A stretch of 64,000 bases of DNA from Adineta vaga (taxonomy: Eukaryota > Animalia > Rotifera), in assembly GCA_021613535.1 (NCBI GenBank), contig CP075493.1, positions 8,494,001 to 8,558,000 of the forward strand, read 5' to 3'. The notes beneath the pieces are model-generated. The model saw only the letters and a list, made by a program, of their open reading frames with translations. It was not told where the DNA came from and ran no database searches. Positions 1 through 10,659 of this stretch are shown piece after piece; within the stretch, counting starts at the first letter, position 1; every line of letters begins with the position of its first letter. A program made the position numbers and the translations under genes.

Positions 1-310
1 CGATTCTAATAATCATATATAAACATCTGGATACTATTCGAAAGAATTTGATACTTTGTGGATAATTTTAATCATAAGACATTCTTTAATTTTTGTTTTC
101 ATAAATAAACAGAGAAAAAAAGCCACAAATAAATTAAATAGAATAGAAATTTAGCTTGTGCTATCAATACAAATACCATCCGAATTTGCTTTGATCAAAA
201 AATCATAGAAACAATTTTCTATTGTTATTTATTGAAATGTTTCATTGAAAAATATATATGATCATTTGGAATACAATACAGTGAAAATTAGAAAGGATTT
301 CTATTCGAAT

Positions 311-2391
311 CTATGATTTTGCTAGTTTTCCAAAAATGAAAAATCCACCGACAGCACCAACAATCACTCCTGCTGTGATAAATCCAATCCAAAGTCCTGT
401 AATTCTAGGTCCTGTACTTTTCACTTTTTTCTGAGTAGATTGATGTCGAATATTTAATGATTCAGGACGAGCACGTAAGACAATTTGTTTCGAATTTGTT
501 CTTGCACGAAACGTAAGAGCATTCGAATCAATAACTGCATTAAGACGTTCAATCAATGTATCTAATGATGCTTCTTTAATAGGTACTTCAACAGGTCCTG
601 TACGCGGTGCTGCATCAAGTAGAGTAAATGTTACTAGAATATCATTGTTTTCAGCTTGATCAACAATTAGATTTGATATACGAATAGGTCGAACATATAA
701 TGTAAACATTAATGTTTCAAAGATATGAAGACGAAGATAATTTAGATTTTCAAAAACGGGATATCTCTTTTCATTGGCGATTGTAAATGATAAAACGCCG
801 ATATTGAAATTTTCTAGAAGTAATCAAAATTAGATTGTGTTGTTCAAGAGAAAATAAATAAATAGATTTTTACCAGATGGTCCTAATGCTCGATAACAAT
901 CAGCTAGAGCAAAATCAATTTCAAAAATAGTCATAGGATCACGACGATAATTGAAAATAGCTTTAAACGAAAAAGAAATTTATTAAAATGAGTATCATTA
1001 ATATTGATGTTACTTACTCGTTTCAAAAGCACTGACTGGTACGCCATTGGCATATGTTTTCCAAGCCATTTTGACTGGAAATGAATGTTTTATTGGTTGA
1101 CCATTTACACTCGATGCCCAATACCATTCTTGATGTTGAACAGTATTATTTGAAAAGTATTTTTCACCAATCCATACATGACACCAAACATGATCACGAC
1201 ATCGTTTTTCACCGGTATAATGATAATTCATACCATCCATGACAATTAAATGTTGTGGAGAACCCATTTGTACCAGATTTGGTTTTTCATCGACAGCTAC
1301 TGCATCACCAAAAAATGTATTGATTTCATTAACTTTACATTGCCGTGTTGTATGATTATAATGGTAACTAAGGCCAGTACCAAAATCATGTATTTCTGTA
1401 GAATGCGCCCAATTAGGTCCACCATATGGATCAGGAAACCAAATGTCAAAACGGGTAAATTGAAATTCTGAATCAAAAAGACCATGGGTACTGTAAATTG
1501 AACTATTCGCTTCTGGTACAAAAGCTTCAGAATTTGAACTGATTCGGTCTGGAAGATCTGTTGGCATTGGTAAAGTTGCTGTTCGATTTGGGCAATATAC
1601 TCCAGCTGGTGTTTCTAATGCTTGACGTTCTTCGCGACGATTTGGATTTGGTATATAACGAAAAACATTATATGTATATGTTTCGATTCGATTCAATTGA
1701 TTTTTAACACGTACATCAATTTGTAGAATAATACTTTGATTACGTGATAGATATGCTTGAAATTTATCAGGATCCGATACATAATATGTTGCTGCAACAG
1801 TTGCTTTGATATCGTTAACAAAGAAACAAGACTTAAATACATTTGTTGGAATACCACGCAGTTCTGTATCACCAGCATATCGAACACCCCATTGTGGATT
1901 GATTTCATTTCGAGCATTAAAACCTAATAATGTTGATGGTTTGAGAATTAATGTATTCGGTTCAATAACACTGGTTTCTGATGAAGGTTCAATGACATGT
2001 CGAAGACATTGTTGTACTGGCATTTGTTGAACAATTGCGGTTAATACTTCAAATCGCTCATTCGTAATGAAATTCCAATAGAATTGAATGGGTCCTATAG
2101 GTAAATAAATCAATACAACAAACTTTCCAATGATATGAAAAAATGCGAACCATATCTTGAATTTGTTGCCAATGCATCTCTTTGTGTTGAAAAAGCTTGA
2201 GAAAGTTCAATTGTCTCAATATCAGAGACCAATTCAGTAATAATCTCAAATCGTGATGGAATTGGTCGCCATTTGGGATCAGGAATGGGTGCAGATGGTC
2301 CATCAGGACATAATTGTGGATCTACTTGTGCATGGATAGATGTAATCAATGCTAGATTAAGAATTATTTGATATAATTCTATTCGTTGCAT
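311..2391 (-). CDS. Type I membrane protein with tandem LolA/ependymin-like beta domains, SEA-like juxtamembrane region and C-terminal TM helix (4 exons)
   Basis: ATG at 2391 begins a signal-peptide-like stretch (MQRIELYQIILNLALITSIHAQ). GT-AG introns at ~2151-2099, ~1017-961 and ~873-815 join the exons in frame. Repeated aromatic/Cys beta-strand motifs (GVYCPNR, EIHDFGTGLSYHYNHTTRQC, HVWCHVW). Ends in a hydrophobic helix (LWIGFITAGVIVGAVGGFFIF). The family call is from resemblance only. Confidence 0.6.
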
Positions 2392-3095
2392 CTTCCTAGT
2401 TATATAAAAAAAAAGTAAATGGCTCGTTAGACAATACTTCAAAAAGCAGTATTCTCTTCAGTAATGATAAGAAACAACCGAGTTTTTATTTATTTGAATT
2501 ATTATCTACGTTAAATACAACATCAACGAACAACATCTTTTGTTTTGTTTTTATCATCTTTTTTTTTCTTCTAGTCAGTCCTTCTGCACGTAAACGATAT
2601 ATTGTCTTATCTATCTTAGCAACATTTCATTTACTGATCTATTTAAAGATCTTCTTTCGAATATAAACATATGTAACTAATACAACATCGATCCATATTC
2701 TACTTCTATGTTGTTAGATAAAGTGTAACAGAAACATTGATGTACACCTGTTGTGTTGTGTTTTGTGATAAGCATCATCAATAGTTTTCCATCTATGTCC
2801 TTGTTTTTTCATCTCTCGAGCAACCTCGAAATAATTATCATCTTGAGCAATAGGATTTGCTCTATGAAGCACATAGATCATCCAAATAAGAAATGACGGA
2901 TGTTTGCTGTCTCTTTTTCTTCTTTTCTTGTATACCGCGCGCTGGGAAAACGTTGCATTTCTCCTGTGTACAAAAGTAATAGCAAAGAAACAAATCGATA
3001 GAATCTTTTTCTCTAGTATTATCTATACTATTTTCCTTCGATAGACAATAGAAAAAAAAAGAACAAACGACAAGCAAATAAAAACAAGAGTAGAC

Positions 3096-3695
3096 ATGTA
3101 TGCACCTCGTGCAAGATTTGAACGTATTCTTATTGTATCACCAATTAAAGTAGCAATTATATTTTTAACAAGTCTTCATTGTTTATTTTTATTTCTTGCT
3201 TTTTTAACATCATTTTGGATTGAAACGAATCGTGGTCATTATGGACCGTTATTTAGTTGTGAAAAACATTACCATCGTAACAATACTATCATTATATCAA
3301 TGACAATTGAATGTCGTCGAAATGGTTTTTCCTATGACATTCAAATATTTTCCATTTCACTCATTATTCTACTGTTAATTCTTTCGTTTCTATTATCATT
3401 TATTTCAGTTATAGTATCGAAATTATCTTTATCGAGAAATTCATTTTCAAAACGTCATCAATATTGGTTATGTACAATAATTTTATTATTATTCGCAACC
3501 ATCATTGATTGTTTTATCTTAGTTTTTCTTCCGTTAAGTTATCGTAATCAAGTTTATCATTTTCGATGGGCTTATGGTGTTCATTGTGGTGCAACACTTT
3601 TCATATCCGTTTCATTAATAACAGCTATTCTAAGCAGTAATATCGATGATGTTCAATATGTTGAAACAATCGATGAATCAATTATAGAAAAATAA
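3096..3695 (+). CDS. Claudin/PMP22-like tetraspan membrane protein (single exon, 199 aa)
   Basis: Four hydrophobic segments. The first loop has W...GPLFSC...C, resembling the claudin W-GLW-C-C motif. A FRWAYG motif precedes TM4. AATAAA lies at ~3746. Confidence 0.7.
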   Translation: MYAPRARFERILIVSPIKVAIIFLTSLHCLFLFLAFLTSFWIETNRGHYGPLFSCEKHYHRNNTIIISMTIECRRNGFSYDIQIFSISLIILLLILSFLLSFISVIVSKLSLSRNSFSKRHQYWLCTIILLLFATIIDCFILVFLPLSYRNQVYHFRWAYGVHCGATLFISVSLITAILSSNIDDVQYVETIDESIIEK

Positions 3696-4055
3696 ATCGA
3701 CAATCTGTTTTGTATTTTACTACAAATTTAGTTTATTTTATCTAGAATAAAATCTCTAGTTCCAACCTTCACTATCTGATTGGCCGTGATGATCTTCTAC
3801 GGAATTCGACATTTTTTGCATAGCTTGTTATTTCAGATCTATAGCTTTTATCATACCAAGAAAAAAAGAAGAAAAATGATATTCTCGATAGACCAAGCAC
3901 TGTGTATTATGATCAAATGACATGGAGTTATTGATGAGGTATTAGTTATGACGTCTCTATGTCCATATAGATCTCTATCCGCTATATTTTATCATTAGTT
4001 AAATTATCAAACACCGACACTAATAACTATGAAAAGAAAAATCATCAGATAGTTT

Positions 4056-4529
4056 CTAAGACAAATGTTTTCTAATCAGAATAATCCTTTGATTAAGTTG
4101 AAAAATCGATTTTTTCAGTCGTTGAATTTTATCATAGAATAATTGAAGACTTTCATGATCAGTTGTATCGATAATAATCAATGAATTTCGAATATAATTC
4201 AATGTCCATGATGTATAGATAATCCAAATGTGATACTTTATTAGATGATAAATAAGTTTCTCGAATGGATCATTGTGATAAATTTGATTTGTATTCATTG
4301 GAAAATTATTCATTAAATATTTCGACCATTTTTCTTTATGAAAACAACGAATTGCACGTAATAAACGAAGACGTAAATCAATTGAAAGATCATTTTGAAT
4401 GAGTTCTTGATGAGATGAAAGCATTAAACGAGACATATTATTGTGGAATTTTGTCATGAGATCGCTGGCATCGGAATGTGAAAAACCAATATGTGAAAGA
4501 AAACTCTTCGCCACATTCAATGATGTCAT
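4056..4529 (-). CDS. Hypothetical 157-aa protein with SAM-domain-like N-terminal half
   Basis: ATG-started ORF preceded by a TTTTCAG acceptor at 4555. The segment LMLSSHQELIQNDLSIDLRLRLLRAI resembles the SAM C-terminal helices (L.L...DL..LGI..GHR.KIL.AI). Confidence 0.45.
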   Translation of the reverse strand: MTSLNVAKSFLSHIGFSHSDASDLMTKFHNNMSRLMLSSHQELIQNDLSIDLRLRLLRAIRCFHKEKWSKYLMNNFPMNTNQIYHNDPFEKLIYHLIKYHIWIIYTSWTLNYIRNSLIIIDTTDHESLQLFYDKIQRLKKSIFQLNQRIILIRKHLS

Positions 4530-4718
4530 TTGAAAAAATGAGAAGAATAATTATCTGAAAAGTTTTATAAACCACTAACTAGTAAAGATAATGATGTGAA
4601 TAAATGGTTTATTTATTTTAAAAAGAAATATATTTTGTACGTAAGAGATATGTCAAAAAAAGAAGAAAAATATGAATAATTGTTGATTAATATATTGTTT
4701 AGTTTTAATAATGAAATT

Positions 4719-5147
4719 TTAATGTTTATCATATGTATTGTTGCCTTTTTTTCTTGATGGTTCATTTTTGTCTTTGACATTTTTATACCATCCATCAGCA
4801 GCTGTTTCATCATAAGCCGGTGGTGGAGAATCAATCTTTTCTGGAGTATTTTGTTGCGCATATTGAAAATTAGTATATCTTGTCCGTTCATTATCAATCA
4901 AATCTTCTTCTTCATTAACAATACCAACTTTATGTGCAATCCTGAAATATTGAAATTAAAAAGAAATTGATTAGGTAGGAAAAAAAAAGATAAGATACAA
5001 ACCATTCAAATTTATCAACAATACTTTCTTTGATTAAATCAAAACACATTGCTAATACTGCTAAACCAACAATGATATAAAGACAAACAGCTAGAAAACG
5101 TAGACCTTCTGTTCCACTGGATGTTATTCCGGGTACCTAAATAATTA

Positions 5148-5178
<31 letters not shown>

Positions 5179-6294
5179 AATCTCGGAGAAATATTCTTCA
5201 TTACATAATCACCAAAACCAATTGTTGATAGTGTGATATAACAGAAATAAACTGATTCTCTCATTGACCAACCCTCGAATTGATTAACAACAAGTGCTCC
5301 CAGAAAAACATAACCAATAATAATTAAAATGACAACTAAAATTGGTACACGACTTTCCATTCGAGTCCAAACATCTTCCATATCATCATCATCGTCATGA
5401 TCCATATCATATTCATCATCACTTAATCGTTCACCATCCGTTTGTTGTTGAGTCGCCTCTGGCCAATTTGGATCAATCGATGTTTTGCCAACATAGTCCA
5501 TAGCATGCTGATTACTTGATTTTCCGTCGCGCATTCGACGCTTTCGTCGACGATTGCGCATATAGACTCGACAACAACAACACATACAATGAAGAAATGT
5601 CGAATACATAAAACGAAACATATCACCCAAAATTGAACTTATATTTGCCAAACAAAGTAAAAATATCGGAATACCGATTAATGCATAACAAATACAAGTT
5701 ATTTGTCCTTCCCTTTTGAATACAAAAAGAAACAATATTAAGATATGTTTTATTCAATTTTTACATACTTACCATGAGACTGGTGTAATATGTCCATAAC
5801 CAATTGATGTAATTACAGTGATTGCAAAAAGTAATGCTGATGGAAATGACCATCCTGACTTCGTTTCACAATCTTGTCCAGTGTAACGAAAATCGGTTCG
5901 ACGTTCGTAGACATCATTAGTAAAATTTTGTAAATAACTTTCGATTTGATCATAAATAACGCTTGTCTGTTCATCCGAAATTGTTACATAATTAAACATC
6001 GATTCTGATATATTCGAAATCGAAACATTTTCCGTTACTATATATTCAAAATGTATATATATATATATGAAGATATTTATACATACAACTGCCTTGTTGA
6101 CATTTTTGTAGTTCAATATATTGTTCAAGTAAAATGAAAAGAAAAGCTCCACCAACACTGTATGCAATGACAACGATGACTAGACCAAGATTTGAACAAA
6201 GAAAGTGTACAAATGTTCGATAGAATGATCGACGACGAGCTGGAGTTTCACCTGGTGTTGGTGCAACAAGATGCGAGATTCGATCAATTGGCAT
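4719..6294 (-). CDS. Two-pore-domain (K2P/TWiK family) potassium channel, 5 exons
   Basis: Two pore motifs (ITSIGYG, LSTIGFGD), WSFPSALLF and four TM helices. Introns were checked in phase. Confidence 0.93.
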
Positions 6295-6963
6295 CCTATT
6301 CTCAACTTTTTTTGTTTAAAACTGAAAGATGATGAATTTTTTCTACACTTTTAATTAAACAATGAAGAGACATCCGACTAAAACAACATAACGGAAAAAG
6401 AAAAAAAACTTATTTTCTCATCGATTGATGATCGAGAAAAGTAAATCAGAGATGAATGGCAAACATGTAATCAAGTATGATAGAAATTGTTTTCTATTGA
6501 ACAAATAGAACGATGAAGAAGTTTTCGCAGAGTAACAACTCATCTAGCTCAATCGATCAGAAGAATATATACATATATATGCTGAAATCAAACATTATTT
6601 TACTTTTTCTCCATGGTTTTATTTTATTCTTTTTTCAACTTCTGTTCACTCATTCACAAAAAAAAACGAAAAAAAACTATAAAGAGAAACACATGATGGT
6701 TAAATAATGTTAGCTGTTAAGAAGTTTCTCACACATAGGCAAACACAATCAATTTCATAAACAGGACAAAAACTTTTGTTTTGGTTGTAACATAAAGATA
6801 GCTAACAAGTTAAACACAAACACAAACACAAAGACGATGACCAGAGAAGTTTAGAGAATAAAATCATGAAGAAAAAAAAACAAATGATAAAACGACGTTT
6901 GTTTCTTGTTTTTATTGTTGAAAATTCTTCTTATTTGTTAAATTTTCTTGCTTAAACGGTTGT

Positions 6964-8465
6964 TTAGACTGATGATTGGCCTCCATCTGGACCGCTGGCT
7001 TCATTGTCATTGTTCTAAAATCGTACATATATGTACATATCAAGTAACGATAGAAACTAAATGATCAAACTTACATCGTTATTTGAGTCATGACGATTTC
7101 CTTGACGAGCTCCTCGGAAGAATCGACCACGACCACGTCCACGACCACGGCCACGACCACGGAATCCACCACGGTTTGGAAAACCTAAATAAGATAATCA
7201 TATAATTATTCTCTTGGTGAATTTGTTCTCCAGTATTTTTCTTCAAAACACGAAAACATAATTATACATACCGCCCATTGGTGGACCCATTGGACCTGGC
7301 ATAGGACCCATTGGACCGCCTATCATTGGGCCGCCTCGACCACGAAAAACGCGGGGTCCTCAACCAAAAAATAAACATATAATCCCAGTTTAAAATAATT
7401 TTAAAATATTACCTGCAAAGTCGCCATCGTATCCATAGCCGCCTCGGAATGGTGGTCGTCCACGTCCTAAAAAGCATCAATTCAGGATAACAAAATAAAA
7501 CTCAACTAATATGTGTATATACCTCGCATCATGGGACCGCCGAAACCTCGTGGTGGTCGACTAAAAGGACGGCCGCCCATTGGTGGTGGACCGTAACCTT
7601 CGAATGGTTGACCAAAAGGTTGATTATAACCAGCATCAAAACCACCTCCTCGACCTAAAACATGAAGAAAAAATATTTTCCTTGTTTTCTCTTTCACATT
7701 CAAACAAACCTCCACGGAATGGTCCACCACGACCGCCACGGAATGGTGGTCGACCGCTACCTCGACTGCCTCGGAAACTGCCACGCGTATTATATTGTCG
7801 ACGATCAGCTGCATATTTGGAACCTTGAACACTGTCGCCGTTGGGGCCTGTTACATTTGCGGCTTCATAACCTTTTTCACCTGAATACAGAAAAAAACAA
7901 CAACGTTGGAAGAAATGTTTTCTCACGAAAAAATTTACCTTGTACAATATCGAATTCGACTTTTTCGTCATCACCAACACTACGTAAGTACTTTCGTGGA
8001 TTGTTCTTAACAATAGCAGTTTGATGAACGAAGATGTCTTCATTAGTATCTTCTCTATTGAAAGAAAATCAAATTTTATGGTTAATTATTTGATTTAGTT
8101 AATGAGAAAGAAAAATTACCGATGAATAAATCCATAGCCACTTTTAACATTGAACCATTTCACTGTACCAGCTACTTTAGTTGCTAAAAAAAGCAAGAAT
8201 GTAAAATTAATTATCTTTTGCTACAAGCTGTTGCTTTCTATTTCTTTTCTTTTATTATATTACATTTTGCAAAGACGCGCGTAGTGTGCGCACAGAAGAA
8301 AAAAACCGAAGAGAAAAACAAGTTGTTTTACTTACCAACGAGATTTTTACCATTGATTTGTTTTGAATCATCAGTGCCCGAACCGGCTTGATCTTGTTGT
8401 TTATTGGAATCAGATTTTTGATCTGAACCAGTATTTTGGTTTGTTGCCACGTCGTTTGATGACAT
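6964..8465 (-). CDS. YBX1: Y-box binding protein (cold-shock domain + RGG-rich tail), multi-exon
   Basis: The CSD reads [70 protein letters not shown]/Pro-rich exons follow. Stop TAA at 6964-6966. Confidence 0.95.
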
Positions 8466-8808
8466 GTTAACCTAATGAGTAATTTAATTTGTGTTGAGTT
8501 GTTTATTTATTTGTTTGTTTATAAATAAGCGCGTTGGATCACGACGAAAATGTTGGTTTAAAATTCGTTTGTGCTGTTGCTGCGCTTGATGTTAAATTTT
8601 GTTGTAAAACGCTCGGGCGCGTGTGATGGTGATGGTGAATGGGCTTGTGCTGCTCTTATTTTAACGCATCTGAATGATGAATGATTCGACCATTTTTTGT
8701 AGACAGCAAAAACACGCGCCGAACGCAACAAGAAAAGAAGAAAGAGAGTGAATGAGAGAAAAGAAAATCTATTTTTCACTCTCTTTGTATTTGTTCTCGC
8801 GCGCACTC

Positions 8809-8818
8809 GTCACGTGAT
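8809..8818. promoter_or_regulatory. Palindromic E-box (TCACGTGA) upstream of the Y-box gene
   Basis: GTCACGTGAT lies in a CpG-richer patch ~350 nt upstream of the Y-box ATG. Function is inferred only. Confidence 0.3.
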
Positions 8819-10659
8819 TATGAGAGGAAGAAGAATAGCAAGTAACTAACATGCAGTAACCCTCTACCACAAAATATAAAGAGAACGATCTGGAATTATC
8901 ATCGACACGATGCAACAGCAGTTCGACGTTTACATGCTATTGTCCAGAGGGTAAACGATGAAGGAAAGAGAGGAAGAGAGAAAGAAAAAACGGCGACCAG
9001 AAGTGTAGAGTATAGACTACTTTTCACTTGAATACGTGCCAATAAGAGAAAAAGAAGAAGACGACGTCGACGACGATGATGATGAAGTCGAAGGAACACA
9101 GTATCGACATCTATCCCTATCGTTGTATCGTTGTTCTTGTATTTAGTGAAAATCAAGTTAGGAGAATATATCCAGATTATAGTCCAGGGGTCACGCTAAA
9201 TATGTATACATACTCTAGATAGCAAGTTCACATACAGACACACACGCACACATAAATACATAACCAATAAAGAGGAAAAGAAATCAAGTTGTTTCCTTTT
9301 TTGCGAATCGATATTAAAACAAAATATAGTAATTTGTTGAATGATCGAATTTTCAGCGTTAATAATAAATATGACACGCGTATTACTGTATATATATATA
9401 TATATTAATTATATTAAATTTTTATAGAACTAATTTATTTAGAATAAAAAATATAAAATCTTTTATGAGATTATGTATAAAATTAGGAATTCACATATTT
9501 CGTCCGATGTTTAAATCTAGAATATAATTGAACCGAAATCGACAATATTCGTTTGATTTATACCATCGTATAATAGTTGACTAACAATATCAATTATTTC
9601 GAAAAGAATGTTTTACTCTGTTGATTGTACTGATTGTATCTAACGATATGTAAGACAAATATATTCCGCTAAAAACCATTCAATCATGAAATTCTTCTAT
9701 TTATTATCTACAATATCCTTCATTACATAATGATTTAGGAACGTCAAACTATCAAACATACTCAATTCCATATTGATCTTTATTCATTAAAACAAAGAAA
9801 GAATAAAATCTCATAAAATTACCTGAATTAACTTAATAGATTTCTTTTTGGATACTTTATTGTATATGATCTTTAAATATCTTCAGTGTAACAGCAATTG
9901 ATGATAAAAAAATGATTGATTGTCACGTTGTTATTTTCTTAGATAAATCTTTTTCTAATAAAATCCTTTCGCAGACGTTGTATATTCTACTCGTTATCGC
10001 GATTCCATTCATGATTCCATAGCTATTTCAGTACGAAAAAAGAAGTAATTCGCTCTTTCTTGATTACGAATGGCAGTGTTGTATCAACGAATTCATCTCA
10101 TTATCTATATAACAGCAAAGATTGATCGATTGAAACTGATTTTACTGTTCGATTTGTCAAGGCGTTCGTTTGTATTTCTCAACTGATTATTGATTTTAGA
10201 TTGTAATGACTGATAAAGCTGTTCTCTACATCTTTGTATACATTCGTGATTAAAAAGCTTAACATCGTTAGTTGCATATATATGTGCATGTTTGAACATT
10301 TTCTCAAATGAAAAAGAAACGATTTACAGATTACTCAGAAAAAAGAAAAATCTCATCTACTAACTTACAGATTTCTTTTCTTTCTCTCTCTCTCTCGATG
10401 TGAAGAAAGTATGTTCATTCACGATTGATAATTTCATGTACATATTATAAATAGGATTTTTTTCAGATGAGAAAGCAACATAAATGTATTCATTTCATGT
10501 TCTTGATTAGATATATTGAACTATTAAGGCACGTGATTATGAATACTATGATGTTCGCTAATAAACATCGCAATTATATTTTTATTTTAATGGACGGATA
10601 AGACAAAAAAATTTGAATACAAAAACAAAACAAAACAACGAAGTCGAAGACGAAAACAT

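Noticed and set aside
3786-3850. C-box-like GTGATGA as a possible C/D snoRNA
   Set aside because: No properly spaced D box (CTGA) or terminal stem.
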